Positions 12,599 through 26,869 of a stretch of 64,000 nt of DNA are shown here, one piece after another. Positions within the stretch are counted from its first letter, which is position 1. Each line of letters starts with the position of its first letter. This DNA comes from Octopus vulgaris (Eukaryota). The position numbers and the translations under genes are program-made. The notes beneath the pieces are model-generated. The model was not told where the DNA came from. It worked only from the letters and a program-made list of their open reading frames with translations, and searched no databases. The DNA lies in contig OX597832.1 of NCBI GenBank assembly GCA_951406725.2, positions 67,580,001-67,644,000 of the forward strand. Direction: 5' to 3'.

Positions 12599-13637
12599 TT
12601 ATTTCTAAGAAACTTCGTTCATTATCGGACTGTACTGATGTGAAATTAATCCTGTTATTATTATTATTTTTTATATTGTGTCTGTTGAGTTAAAATCGTT
12701 ATTCACTGCGTGTATTTGATTGGAATCATAATTAGTCCTTAGGGTGGGTTGTTACGGTGGTGAGTTGTTATGGAGAGGTGTTTGGAATAATTTGTATTGA
12801 TGGAATTTCGGGTTCCAATGTTGCTTAGGGTTGACTCATGCACGTAGAACTAACTTACTTAAGAAAGTGTGCATGTTTATTAGATTGGTAACGGATGTAT
12901 CGGTAGTTTCAGTTACTTTTGGCTGTTTTGACTTAAGCCATTGCATTAGCAATGTAAACGTAAAATAAACAAAGTCCAGTATTTAAAACATCAGTAATTG
13001 GGCTAGTCCACATTTTTATAATAGAAGTTTTTAGATGTTCACAACAGAATGTAAATGAGTAGTAAGTTTTATCTGGTCAGTTTATTTGTTGTTATTTAGG
13101 GTAGTTTTGAGTTTTATACATAAGATGAAGATTATCTCTCAGACATGTCATGATGTTGTTATTATAGAAAATTGCTTTGATGTTCAGAAAAAGATTTAAG
13201 TTGGTGAAAAATTTGTTTGTCTGTATTTTTCTCTCTAGATGTTCATTGTTCTGTTAGAAATTTGATTAGAGCATAGAGATATTAACAAGTGTATTTTATG
13301 GAAGCGGAATATGTAGGCTATGTCTTTATATTTCTTCAGTTCTGCTTGAAACGCGAGTATCTTATAATATATCATTTTAGGCATATAGATATAAATGAAT
13401 GTGGGGCACTATCAAAACTGAGTATATATTCATGCGTAAAAATGGTATCTAATTAAGGCACAACGCAAACAATTGTACAAGGAAAGCTTTAGAGTTGGCG
13501 CCCTTTGTAGTAAACACGTGCGTTATTCCACCGATATTAAAAGGGGTGAATGGGTTGTACCAGTAAAAAAACAAGCTAAGATCATTACTTCTACCTTCAA
13601 AATTGTTTGAGTTGCGCTTAAACCAAAAATCCACCCT

Positions 13638-13711
13638 TCTTCTTCTTCTTCTTCTTCTTCTTCTTCTTCTTCTTCTTCTTCTTCTTCTTCTTCTTCTTCT
13701 TCTTCTTCTTC
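13638..13711. repeat. (TTC)n microsatellite
   Basis: Seen directly. Similar (GAA/TTC)n tracts at 14473-14543, 16015-16146, 21145-21283, 48406-48539 and 56124-56231. Confidence 0.95.
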
Positions 13712-13749
13712 ACTTTTAACAAAAAGCAAAAAAAAGAAAAAAAATTCTT

Positions 13750-13960
13750 TCGTTTTTATTACATTCTGAGTTCAAGTTCCGCCGGAGCTTGCCTTTCATT
13801 ATATCGAGGTCGATGAAATAAGCTACCATCTCAGTACTGGAATCGATATAATTAATTTCCCTCGCTCACCAAATCCCGGAGAAATCATCTTCGTCTTTCA
13901 TCCTTCGGAGTTGACAAAGTAAAATTCCAGGCAAATACTGATATCCACATAACCTACTGA
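13750..13960 (+). mobile_element. Family-A SINE fragments
   Basis: ttctgagttcaagttccgcc...gcctttcatt..gaggtcgatgaaataag. Confidence 0.6.
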
Positions 13961-15062
13961 GCAATTCTCATTAAATTGCTGTCGCTTTGTCAAAATGAGA
14001 AAGAATTATTAATCTTATTAATCATAGAAATGCAGTGTGTCCGTTTTGAGAGAGTTGGAGAAATGTCTTGTAGTATTACATCTCGGACTGTATGTCTTGA
14101 ATTCAACTTAGATCAAAAGGAAATTATCGTTCTGGTGACGGTCAAATACTTACCAGTCAATTGCTGGGGTTCAGACAATCGAGTTTCTACCACCATAACT
14201 ACTACCACTAAATAAATATTTAGAGAACATTCCATCCTTGACTTTTGGTAGGGATCACAATTACGAGATAGAGATGAAGCTTGGAAAGAATAAGAAGGGA
14301 TACGAGGAAGCGAAAATGAGAAATAAAAGAGAAAAACAGCAGTAACAATATTATCATCTAAACGCGGGTGTAAGATATGAAGAAGACGAATAAGAAGAAG
14401 GAGGAGGAGGAGGAGGAGGGAGAGGCAGGGAGGGGAGGGGAGGGGAGACGGAGAATGAGGAGGGGGGAGGGGAGAAGAAGAAGAAGAAGAAGAAGAAGAA
14501 GAAGAAGAAGAAGAAGAAGAAGAAGAAGAAGAAGAAGAAGAAGGAAGAGAATAAGAAAAAGGGCGCCATCGTCTGATATAAAACATTTCTCACAAGGACT
14601 AATCAAAGTAAGTGGGCAAAGTGAAGTGATTTCTGTCGATGTGGGATTAGAAGTTGTGCCAAAAACAAGCAGCGTCTCATTTGTAACGAAAATTAATAGT
14701 ATTTACAAAGTTTTACAAGGCTTAAAGCTGTTTAAAAACAACAACAGCAACAAAAACCAAACATTGAGTAATATGAACAATTACAATGACAACGCAAAAA
14801 CAGTAACAAGAAAATATGTCCGCTTGTAATGAATGATTTGGGCCAAGCCATGTCTACTCCTGTCAGGTACATGACATTGACCAAGCAATAAGCGATTGTT
14901 AGTTGGAACAGGAGTGTGTTGAGGGAGAGTAACGTATAGAAGTATTTATAGAACGGCTGGGTCACAGGAGAGGGAGTCAGAGAGTCAGGCGGCCTGTCTT
15001 TATGCACATACTTAAATGTACACATGCACACACAGATATACATAGAATATGCATGTGTGTGC

Positions 15063-15119
<57 letters not shown>

Positions 15120-16552
15120 AAGATGCATGCATAAAGATATGTATGCGGATATATATACATACACACACACACGCACATATATATATATATACATACACAC
15201 ACACATATATATGTATATACATACAGAGAGAGGGAAAGATTGACAGAGAGACAGGCTGACTGAGATAGAGATAAAGAGTCAGATATAGTGAGAGACAGGG
15301 AGGGTTTGGCTAAAGTGAGTGAGAGTGTCATAATTATTGAGAGATACCAAAAAATAAAGTAGCAAATTTCATTGATAGCTTTGAGAGAGAATAAACAGCC
15401 AGAGAAAGAAAGAGAAAAATAGAGAGAGAGAGAGAGAAAGAGAAAAAAGAGAGAGAGAGAGAGAGAAAGAGAAAAAGAGAGAGAGAGAGAGAAAGAGAAA
15501 AAGAGAGGGAGAGAGAAAGAGAGGGAGAGATCTAACAGAGATATATTGGAGTTACATTCATACTTGAAAGTGAAAGAGAGAGTGAGATTTGATACAATCT
15601 ACTGAACCTTATAACCTCGAAATAATTGGCTGCTGGTGTGACTTGAATATTAAAACAATGCCACGAGACCAACTAAATAGTATTTCTTCAAACAGAGAAC
15701 AAGTAGCAAGGCGGGCTATTACTTTATTTGCTTTTGTTTTCCTTTTTCGTTTGTTTTTGTTTTCTTGTACTGAACATTTTCGTTGTTCATCTTACTTCGA
15801 CTTCGTCTTTGATCAAAATGGTAGAGTATACTACTGCACATACTTTTCAAAGTTCCAACAAAATTCTTCAGCAAATATCAATCAGGATATTTAACATTAT
15901 GGTGCTTAAATTACGTCACATTTTTTCTGCTTTTTTTTTGTTATTATTTTTGCGAGGATGTAATACTTATTTTTCTTATTGCATCTCGGTTTTATTAAAA
16001 ACCATTGTCGGGTTTCTTCTTCTTCTTCTTCTTCTTCTTCTTCTTCTTCTTCTTCTTCTTCTTCTTCTTCTTCTTCTTCTTCTTCTTCTTCTTCTTCTTC
16101 TTCTTCTTCTTCTTCTTCTTCTTCTTCTTCTTCTTCTTCTTCTTCTACTACCTCTTCTTCTTCTTCTCCTTCGTTTTCGCTGCTGCTGCTGTTGTTGCTG
16201 CCACTACCGCCGCACTCCTGGAGGATGTGACAGAGTTCTTTATAACATTTCTTGATCTCTATACACAGATCGAATTTCACAGATTCGATTTTTACCTTTC
16301 GTTTTTTTACATCATAATTGAAACAATTATCAATCACTTAGGAAAAAGAAAAACAGCCATAAACCCTAGCTGGATCTCTTTACGTCCAGTGTGACTGTAT
16401 CAAAATAATTTATTAGAATTTCTAAATAAGTACGCTTGCACTTATCTGTCAGTGGATGGAGTACCTTTTTGTTCATCCTACATATACCGAAACAGTAAAA
16501 CGTGTGTGTGTATGTGTAAATATCTATGTACGTATGTACGCACGCATTTATG

Positions 16553-16585
<33 letters not shown>

Positions 16586-17795
16586 GTGTATGTGTGTATG
16601 TATGTATGTATGTATGTATGTATGTATGTATGTATATAGATGTGTGTATGTGTGCACACATACATATTGATAGTGATCAGTGGTTTTCCATCTAAAACCA
16701 ATCACTCATATGCTTGCATATAATCCATACTGAGCCGTTATTCTCTTTCTCTCTGAATCTCTTTTTCAATTTATACTTAGGGAATCCTGCTTTTGAGAAC
16801 AGATCCAAGCAGGCAGGTCATCGTATATTTAGTTAGGAACAAAGAACATCGAGATACAGTTTGAAGATAAGAACAATACCATTTTGGTAAAACCTTTCCA
16901 TCCGACAGTGAAATGTAATATAATGATACAAGTTCTGCACACAAACAATGAAAGTAATGCCAAATTGGTCATAGCATCTAATTTGATATTTATGATTATT
17001 TTTGCTACTTTTAGCGCCATGATTCATAGATTTTTGCCCATTTGTACAGTGAAGTGAAGCTGTGTTTTTGGTGTAGCAAAATGTTAATCCGTCAACAATG
17101 AATGAACACGCATTCGCTTGCCTCATTTTTCTTCACATTCTTTGAACATAGCAACAAAATATGACGCATGAATTTACAAAAAGCTTGGCGCCACATATAT
17201 TAAAATTAAGAAACACTGGTATGCTTAATACAACAACATTTGTCATCAGTCTAATAAAGTTTTCTATCGAACACACACACATAGGAATGCATAGATACAT
17301 ACATCATATATATATATATATATATGTATACATGCTTGTTTTTACATAAGTATATATATATATACATTTAAAAACATATTAATGTATATATTATGTATAT
17401 ATGTATATATCTATATATATGTCTATACATATTTATATGTATATATATATATGCATATATATATATATACGTATGTGTGTATGTTAGTGTGTGTTTGTGT
17501 CTGTGTGTGTGTCTGTGTACGTGTTTGCGTAGATAAGTATTGTGCCTGTTCGTTTACAGTGTGTATGCAAGATTGTATGTTAGAATACTTGTATATGCAC
17601 AGACATTTAACTATTTTGCTATGTATCTGGGCATTAATGCAGGAATGTGTTCAAACACATACATACTCACGCACATATGCAAACACGCACAAATATCCAC
17701 ATAACAACACAGACAAACACAAACACACACACACACAAACAGATGTATATGTTTTTATCACTATATATGTGTGTATATGTCGATATATATATATC

Positions 17796-17830
<35 letters not shown>

Positions 17831-17855
17831 TTGTATATATATATATGTATGTGTT

Positions 17856-17894
<39 letters not shown>

Positions 17895-18379
17895 TAATGT
17901 TTGCACATATGTAGATATGCACACCTTCTGTGTGTTAGTACGTAGACACGAGTCGTATACAAAGCAAGAATTATCATTATATTTTTATCGAGAACATTCA
18001 TGATAGACACAATGTGCAGTATTACTTCAATTACATCATACTGTTTGATATATAATCACGCTGTTGCTATGTTTCCTAGCACCTATTTCAGTCGTTAAAT
18101 CATTAAAGTATACTAACATCACTTTAGAAGCGAACGATTTCCCGTCATCCTCTCTGTCGATGTCTATATTCAGTGTTTCTATGATGTTTGCAGGTTTTTG
18201 TTCTTCTGTTTCTATTTTGTTGCCTCTCTCTTCCATTGTTTCATTTGCCAAATGGGCCATTTGCTTTTGTTATTTTTGAGAATAAGTGACTTTATGATTA
18301 AATATAATCAGGATTCGTTGAGTGTGTGTGTGTGTGTGCCTTTACTCTTTTTGATACTTATATATACATAACGTCAAAC

Positions 18380-18656
18380 ACCATGGGATTGCACCTAGAA
18401 GAGACATGACCGCGCGGGGTTGTTTTATGGAAGACCAGTTGTCGCCCATGAATTGCCAGTCGCAACTTTTCCTGACACCAATGTTGTCGACACATCTTGG
18501 CACCAGTGACATCGCAAGTTATTTCTACAACCTAAGCGAAGTGGAGCAACGTGAAATATGTGTCTTGTTCCAAAACACAAAACATAGCCGATCGAGGAAT
18601 CGAAATCCCAACCGCACGATTGTCAGCCTGACACTCTAACCACTGAGCCATGCACC

Positions 18657-18661
<5 letters not shown>
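18380..18661 (-). mobile_element. tRNA-derived SINE (CORE-like)
   Basis: Minus head gaaggtgcatggctcagtggttagagtg...ttcgattcc. Same family as 53370-53681. Confidence 0.78.
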
Positions 18662-18732
<71 letters not shown>

Positions 18733-19726
18733 AACACACACACACACACGCTCATGCACACAACATAATCTTATTCAAACTGCTGCTTCATTGTCTACCC
18801 TTCTGTATGTTGAAAATAAATGTGTCTACTTACATCTTTTGATATAAGTGATGGATCAGGTTAATATTAGCCAATTGTTCGTCTCAGTTCCTTCTCAATT
18901 TCCTGTTAATTCTTTTTCAAGTATTACTTTCGCACAATCTTATTGTATCTTGTATGACACGTCGTATTTGACGTGCATTTATATACATCGATAAAATAAA
19001 TAACATGGTTCAACTTCATTACCTTGTACGAATCCGTTTATATCAGTGTTCGGCGAAATACAAATTTCTGAACACCGATCCACTGAAAACTTAATATGAA
19101 TTATTCTTTTTTCTTTTTACTTAGCTGAGTTTCTACAAAGTCAAAGACTTGCTCACAGACTAAGAACTTGTGGAACGAAGATATACAATTATCATTAAAC
19201 GGTGATATGGTAATCATAGTGAGGGTCTAGGTTTATCATAAATATAGGTAATGTCTCTCTCCGACATGCTGTTACTAAGTTTAGTTCTTTAGTTCTCCCG
19301 ACTTATAACGTTTTCCTAGAAGTTCCTCGCCCAGCGTGCATCGTAGATGAAATAAATTAGAAAAATTAAAAACGATGGGTACTGTAAATCTAAACAACAC
19401 CGTCTTACCTGCTAAATCTCTTCATAAAGCAATTTATACAGGAAAATTGGTTAATCCAAATTACACTACGGAGAATAAATCATCTTCTCAAGAATGGAGT
19501 GACTTCTGATACAAACATTTCTCAGTGATATATATATATATATATAATTTTATACCATATATTATAGCATATCATATTATGTATCATATATATTTAATTA
19601 AGATTTCGTTGAATTAGGGATTTAAGTTGAGACACTTTGTTGGGTCGAATAATCGTCACACCCAAACAATGTTCGAAGTCAATGCGGCCCTCTGACGTAA
19701 CAGTTTCTTTCAAATGATGTAATGTC

Positions 19727-19770
19727 TTCATTAAGCAATTAAAGGAGTCGCTTGAAACGGCCGTAATGAA
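19727..19770 (+). ncRNA. Hammerhead remnant lacking the CUGANGA core
   Basis: Stem I ttcat/atgaa, stem II aagc/gctt, GAAA, palindromic stem III acggccgt, then A. Confidence 0.4.
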
Positions 19771-19989
19771 CTGACACCTGTACATGTTTGACATTCATTT
19801 ATGTATATATATATCTATACATATAAAAATCAACTTGTGTGTCTGTGTGTGTATCTGTGTGTGTGTCTGTGTGTGTATCTGTGTGTGTGTCTGTGTGTGT
19901 ATCTGTGTGTGTGTCTGTGTGTTTAAGTTCCCGGCACATCTCCTCCTAGCCAACAAATCGTACAACCACCAAAAATGGGTCACTTAAAG

Positions 19990-20471
19990 TTTAGGCGAAT
20001 GAAAATTGAACTGCGCTATTTCTGTTCCGAAATTCATCTCGCAAGTGCAAAAATCGATAATGTGTTTGTTTAGGCCTTATCCCATGCATTGAATAGTGAA
20101 CTTTACTCAGTCAGCTGTTTGACGTGAACTGTGTTCACCACGCGTGCAAGCATGCGTAAATTGCATGAAAAATAAAAAAAATCAAGATATAAAAACGAAT
20201 CGCCGTAAACATTGGAGAAATTCGTCAAAGAAATGAATTTTCGGGATGTAGCCTGGAGGGTTTTTTCGTATTAATCGTTTGGACTTTGTGAACACATACC
20301 AATAGTTTTCACAACATTTTTAACGCTTTGAATTAAATGTGACCATTTTGCGTTGAGTCTGCAGTTTGAATCACTTTAACCAAATTTTAGCAGGCCGGAT
20401 TTTTGATCATCACGTTACATCGCCAGCGACTCCCTGATACTCTCCACTGAAATTCCCGTTGAGAAACACTG
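19990..20471 (-). mobile_element. hAT (Charlie-like) terminal fragment
   Basis: Terminus gttgagaaacactg (= cagtgtttctcaac). The partner TIR was not found. Confidence 0.45.
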
Positions 20472-20479
20472 ATCTAAAA

Positions 20480-20699
20480 GAATAATTCAACAATGCAATT
20501 ATTTGATCAACAAAAATTTATGAAACGCTTCTACGTACTTCCTATTGAGGAAATGGAACACATAAGCGCAAAAATAGAGGGCATTAAATGCTTGATTTTA
20601 AAACCAAAATAATTGAATTTTGATTGAACTTCATCCAAGTTTAGCTTAATTCGCGCGTGCATAGAACGCACGAGCGCACTTGCCGGGCAATACTGCTAG
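20480..20699 (+). mobile_element. Helitron-like 3' end
   Basis: GC-rich hairpin ttgcc-g-ggcaa about 6 nt upstream of CTAG, followed by T. Confidence 0.5.
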
Positions 20700-20722
20700 T
20701 ATATATATATATATATATATAT

Positions 20723-20780
<58 letters not shown>

Positions 20781-21489
20781 CGGGAAGCTTTATGAAAATA
20801 AACAAAAGACGAAGGCAGGTATATGGGGGGGGGGCGTGTGCCTGTGTGTGTGTATACACATCAATATATACGTCGAGGCGGAGAGATTTCTGCGTGCAGA
20901 AATCTTTGTGAAACGGAGGAAGAAACCCTATGGTTGGCCAAGGATATTCCCACCTTAGGATGGTGAAAGTAATTTCTCTCTTCCGATTTGAAGTCAATGT
21001 GGCCATCTGTGAGCTGAGCATCGCCCTGTTGTAATGTCATTTTGATTCTTTCCTTCCTACAAATCACAAGATTAACAAAAAAAAAAGATTGCAAATTAGA
21101 TATATTGTGACCATTTGTGAAAGACCAGGAATTGCATTGAGCGGAGAAGAAGAAGAAGAAGAAGAAGAAGAAGAAGAAGAAGAAGAAGAAGAAGAAGAAG
21201 AAGAAGAAGAAGAAGAAGAAGAAGAAGAAGAAGAAGAAGAAGAAGAAGAAGAAGAAGAAGAAGAAGAAGAAGAAGAAGAAGAATGAGTGGGAAAGACAAG
21301 CATAGCTATTTGAAAATGAAGACATTATTTTTCGTGAATGATGTTAAATAGCGGCGAATAATGACAAGCAGCGAACTGAAATATAATTAGAGAAGAGGCA
21401 TCATATCTAACAAAAATGGGAATTCTTATGGAGGTATCAATTGAAATAGTTTAATATATGAGAAAGGGAAGTCGATGATCTGGAAGAAC

Positions 21490-21640
21490 CTGTAGCACGC
21501 CGGGCAAATATACTTAGCGGCGTTTCGTCCATTATTAATTTCTGAGTTCAAATTCCAGAGACGTGAAGTTTGCCTTTCAAGCCCTCGGATTTGATAAAAT
21601 CAGTCTCCGTTGAGTACAGATGTCGATGAAAACGACTTCA
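21490..21640 (+). mobile_element. Family-A SINE fragment
   Basis: tagcacgccgggcaaat..cttagcgg...tctgagttcaaattcc. Confidence 0.6.
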
Positions 21641-22479
21641 CGCTACCAATGTATGTTAAAGAGAACAACAACAACGAAATAGCTTACGAAAACATAATTC
21701 TATTCGTATTCAAATGAAACTGACATGAATGTGACTCAATGTTCCATTGTTCTTACGGTGCAACTATTCACCCATATAAATCATGAAATAATTCTTTTAA
21801 AAAGGTATTAATCGTGATAGCTTCTTTGTTCGAAAACTTTATTTCTATAAGTTGGGCTTAAACCGCTTAACACGCAGCGCGTGTGTATATGAAAGTTTAG
21901 ACCTGTTAATGAAAATTCAGGAAATAGCAGCTAAATATCCGAAAGTTTGTGTAAATATTACGCATGCGCATTTGTGATCACATGTAAATACTTCAGTTTG
22001 CGCGATGCAATATCACGTGTAGAAAAAAATTTGTCGACAAATCAGTTATGGTAGTTAACCACGGAGTAATTACGTAGCTGAAATAAAAGTTTATTTTATA
22101 TATAAATGTCAAAAGATTGTCAAATATTTTTGAGGTGTGTGGATTATAATCGTAGATTGGTTGAAATGAAAACTGAAGTCTGTGGGGAGAGTCGTGATAT
22201 TGGATGAAATAAATAAAGAAAAATACAGACAAGACGTGATGAATGAAAGTAAATAAATTTCAATTGGGATAAGTGAAAGATACCCAGGTAAGGAAGTAAT
22301 GGTGCGATGTAGATCTTGTTTATGTAATACAGTTTAACCATGTAACAAATTCCCCGTCCCCACAGCTCGATTACGTATGTTGCAGTAAACCTTCTAAGAT
22401 TTTTTTAAAACATAGCATTTAGTTTTGTTTTTTATTAGGTAGATATTAATTTTCTATTCATACGGATTAAACTAATGCG

Positions 22480-23130
22480 TATTGGGGAATAATTGAACGA
22501 ATGATACAAATAAAGTAAAAATGCTATCAAAAAGCAAAACAGTCAAGTGGTTCTTCACTGCGTAAGAACAATTCCAACGAACAGTCACATACCGCCACCA
22601 GCAGAGGTCTTCTGCAAGAGAATACGAAAAACAAGAATTCCAACCAAGCTGAACACTGGCAACCGAAAAGAGAATCGAATCCGAGAAAGGAGGAACGTCA
22701 ACAGAAATAACAACCGTAATACAACAGAAATACAAACGCCATTCATGAATTAGTGATAACCAGAATGTATGTCCGCCTAGAAAATAACACAGCAACCTGC
22801 AAGTCATAGACAAATCCAGAGGGCCATGTACCAAAATTGTCAGAATGCACAGTGATGAAAGATTGCTCAGACGCAACAGACGATACATGCGTGAGTTATA
22901 GAGACAGTCCAGAGAAATGGATCCCCCGGAGTTTAGCAGCTCAATAGATCAGTGACAACAATCCATCAGATTCGGTTTACAGGGCTACAGATGAACGTCA
23001 ATGCTCCATATGCTACAGCGCGGAGTGCTCAGGTCACACTGTCCTAATTGCAGGCTAACCAGCCACCAGCGCCATCGGACCGCACTGTTGGGAAAAGATA
23101 ACTCGCAGCAAAACTTAAGAACTTTGTATG
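22480..23130 (+). mobile_element. Ty3/Gypsy integrase C-terminal fossil
   Basis: GIIERMIQ (catalytic E region), LHCVRTIPTNSHIPPPAEVFCKRIRKTRIP (cf. LL.YR.TP..SPAELL..R..RT.LP), LLRRNRRYM, and terminal KLKNFV. Confidence 0.7.
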
Positions 23131-24178
23131 GAGCACAAATACCAAGTGCATCGCTCATTTGATAAAAGGGTATGAAACATAATGGTTCGGGTATAGATTT
23201 GAGTGGACCTAAAATAACATATGTCGCATGATTTAATTAAAATGATAATTAAAATGGCGATGTAAAGGAAGGTTTCAAAAATTTGCTTTATTTGTGCAAA
23301 ACGACATGACATGGTATATTTAGTATATATTTTATTGTCGCCGGAGAAACATCTGTCAAAATGTAAATTGGTTGCATTGAAATTCAGTTTATAAGAAGAG
23401 ACAACTTTGAAAAGTCATTAAAATTTTGAAAATCTCGAGTTATAAAGTAACAACAATAAACGGAAAGATGTTCGGGCTGTATCTCTGAAAAGAAATTTCA
23501 CCCTTTTTATCAACACTTCCGGAGATTATGAAACAGTCCAGGGTCCAGATTCTCCTTCTTTGTTACCAAAAAAATTGCACTCTTACTTGAAAAAATGTCT
23601 ACTACAAGCTGATGTTGTATCTTCAAATCTGCAACATTGTCACTGCTACAAATGCAAACTACATAGTGAGAAAAAGAGACAAACTGAGAGAGGCTGAGAG
23701 AGTTAGCGAGAAACTGAAGAGACAATATCTACCATTAGAGAGACAGAGCACCTAACAAATAAAGCCTGGGCAGAGGGCAATCTATACACGAACCTGCAAC
23801 GGTATTTCAATAAGTGCTATGGGCGTATCCTCTTATGATAATCAGTTCTCAGTTGGTCAATAAGAAAATCGATATTGCACAATTGCTATAGTCGTGTACA
23901 AGTAGATTTAGTTTTCATGGATTTGCTATTTATGTGAGCGAAATAAAAACCTCGCCCCACTCCCAGCTGACCAAATGCATTTTCGTTAAAGCTCTGCTAT
24001 ATAATATTTTAATGACTAGCTATGTGTTTGCAAGCATTTAATCAAAGCTGTCTGTGCCAGTCACGTAAACAAAGAGAGTGGCAAGTCACGTTTTGTTTGC
24101 AGGTTTGAATCAGTTTAATGTTCATAAGCAACTTCACACATCAAATGTAAAGTTTCTAGTTGATAATATTCGTGTTAC

Positions 24179-24219
<41 letters not shown>

Positions 24220-24814
24220 GTTGTACAATCATTATTGTTGTTATTGCTATTGTTTTAGATGCTTACGTTACTGCTGTTATGTATATATATATTATATACA
24301 TATATATCTAAATATATATATTTAGATGCTTATGTTACTGCTGTTATATATATATATATATATATATTCTTATTTCTCTGCCATTTATCTAGTTCTTTTT
24401 TGTTTAACACTGTCTTAAAAGTTTCCTTCAGGAGACAAAAGTATTGGAATGAAAACAGCGTAGGTAAAGTTAACATGTTATAAAAAAAAATGCAACTCAC
24501 AAGAAAAGCAAGAATAACGCCAAAATACATGCAAACATAGCGTTATATGTGTTTAACAACTTTATTTCCTCTTCTTGCCGTTGCTGTCTTTATTTTGCTG
24601 TTGTTGCTTTTTGGGTAATGCTGTTCTTGTTTATTATTTTCAGTTGTTTTTGTTCTTGTAGTTGTTTTCCAAGTTTAATAATCTTCTGCAACAAAAAGAA
24701 AGCAAATGAAAACAGTAAACAAAAAGAAAACGTAAGACTTGTGAGAAAAACATCCAGGATTAGTGTATTGCATCACACAAAAGGTGAACGATCTCCTGGA
24801 AGGAATATATATAT

Positions 24815-24858
<44 letters not shown>

Positions 24859-25139
24859 TTGAGAATTACGCGCATGTTGACGGTGATGGGGAGAATCAGT
24901 GCGCTGAGGGTGTGGATAATGGTGGAGATGGGGATTGCGGATGGTATAGTAGTGGAATTAGTATATGTGGGATATAACTAAAAGACTAGGCTATTTATGA
25001 GATGTAATCCATGTCCACGACCTTAGATCCCTGATTTTTTTCGCTCTATGCATACCCTGAACGTACACACACACACACATAAATACACGCACACATACAC
25101 ACACATATAGACTGATGTAGGCACCCAAACATACATGCA

Positions 25140-25291
25140 TTCGCCATGATAGATCGCTAGCCACTACACATTCTTTATTCTCCCTCCTCGTTTCATTCTG
25201 TCTTCCTTTTGGTGGAAGAGCGTAAGCTCGAAACGTTAAAGACTTTTTCAGTTCCCGAGCGTTAAATAATACATCTGTTTGTTGTCTACAC

Positions 25292-25296
<5 letters not shown>
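25140..25296 (+). mobile_element. Penelope-like terminal repeat fragment with degenerate hammerhead
   Basis: cttt-tggtggaa-gagc/gctc-GAAACGTT-aaag. Related copies at 34875-35075 and 46540-46735. Confidence 0.5.
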
Positions 25297-25333
<37 letters not shown>

Positions 25334-25357
25334 AGAGAGAGAGAAAGAGGTAGATAT

Positions 25358-25436
<79 letters not shown>

Positions 25437-26034
25437 TACACGCACACACACACATATATACACCCAAACATACATTTACATAATTTTATGAACAAACTGT
25501 GTCAGTATCATATACATGCGTGTTTGTTGTTGTGTGAGTATGTGTGCCTCGCCTGTGTTCTACATATATATACATATAGTGAGAAAAAGAGAGGCTGAAA
25601 CAGTTAGAGAGAAACTGAAGAGACAAAATTTTAAACATTTAAGCATAAATAAATAAATGTACAAATAAAGTATCGCAAAAGTAACATAAAAATTCGCAAA
25701 ACTGAATAAATATTATTAAAATACGAACAGAAACAACGACCTCAGGGTGATTTACCGCTATATATTATGATAAGTAATACATAATATACATACATGCCTA
25801 GGGAAATATAATAGAAGGCATACACACATATACATAAATATAAGCATATAAATATACATATTTCTATAAATACATTCATATATATATATATATATATACA
25901 TATACGCATAAATATAAAAAATGTATATATGTTTGTGTGTATGTTTGTTTGTTTATTCTTCGTATACATACATATATAAATATAATCTTATAGATGTACA
26001 TGTATACACACACATATATATATATATATATTAT

Positions 26035-26240
26035 TTTATTTCTTTCAGTCATTTGACTTCTGCCATGCTGGAGCACCGCCTTTAGTGGTACAAATCGACT
26101 GGAGGATCTATTCTTTGTAAGCCTAGTACTTATTCTATCGGTCTCTTTTTCCGAAACCGCTAACATATGGGAACGTGAATACACCAAACTCGGATGTCAA
26201 TCGATGGTGGGGCACAAACACAGATACACAAACATATACT
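26035..26240 (-). mobile_element. Family-B SINE, 3' half
   Basis: tttcagtcatttgacttctgccatgctggagcaccgcc is the reverse complement of the 32720-32760 tail. Confidence 0.8.
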
Positions 26241-26275
26241 CACACATACATAGATACATACATACATACATACAT

Positions 26276-26285
26276 AGATAGATAT

Positions 26286-26355
<70 letters not shown>

Positions 26356-26385
26356 GGATAGATAGACAGATAGACAGATAGAGAG

Positions 26386-26455
<70 letters not shown>
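26276..26455. repeat. (GATA)n/(TA)n tract at the LINE 3' junction
   Basis: Seen directly. Confidence 0.95.
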
Positions 26456-26457
<2 letters not shown>

Positions 26458-26869
26458 GTTTCTTTATTGGCCACACAGGGCTGCACACAGATGGGACAAA
26501 TTACAAGGTAGAGCTTTTCTTTTGGGGGATGAAAAAAATACAAAAAACAAAAAACAAGAGAAACAAAAGAAAGTGGCGTAGGTTTTCGATCAAAATGGAT
26601 CGTGAAAGGGAAATAAAGAAGAAAAGGAGAAAAAAAGAAACGAAAGAAAAGAAAAATGAGGATAAAAGGGGAAGCGGAAAAAAGAAAAAACGATCAATAG
26701 GGATCGTGTATCACAGTGTCATGATGTACGGTGTAAAGGGGGGAAGCAGATGAGGTTTATCCGTGGGAAGAAAAGCCTACAAAAAAGACCACGGTAACCT
26801 CGGTCAAAATTGTTATATGTTAGCACATTTGTTTGCAAGTAGGTAACCCTCAGTTTTCAATTTCTGGAT

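Noticed and set aside
12690-13400. Possible Penelope-like N-terminal fossil
   Set aside because: Strand-skewed composition only, with no diagnostic motif.
13451-13622. Imperfect inverted repeat suggesting a MITE
   Set aside because: Short, mismatched and without a TSD.
16255-16295. acagattcgatt resembles the miR-10 star arm
   Set aside because: Only ~12 nt match, with no TACCCTGTAGA mature arm or proper hairpin.
18036-18260. 74-aa minus ORF with protein-like composition (MAHLANETMEERG...)
   Set aside because: No recognisable domain, closed upstream by a stop, and no supporting exon structure.
20884-20905. Perfect 10-bp hairpin agatttctgc-gt-gcagaaatct
   Set aside because: Isolated, with no context to assign a function; probably part of a TE fragment.
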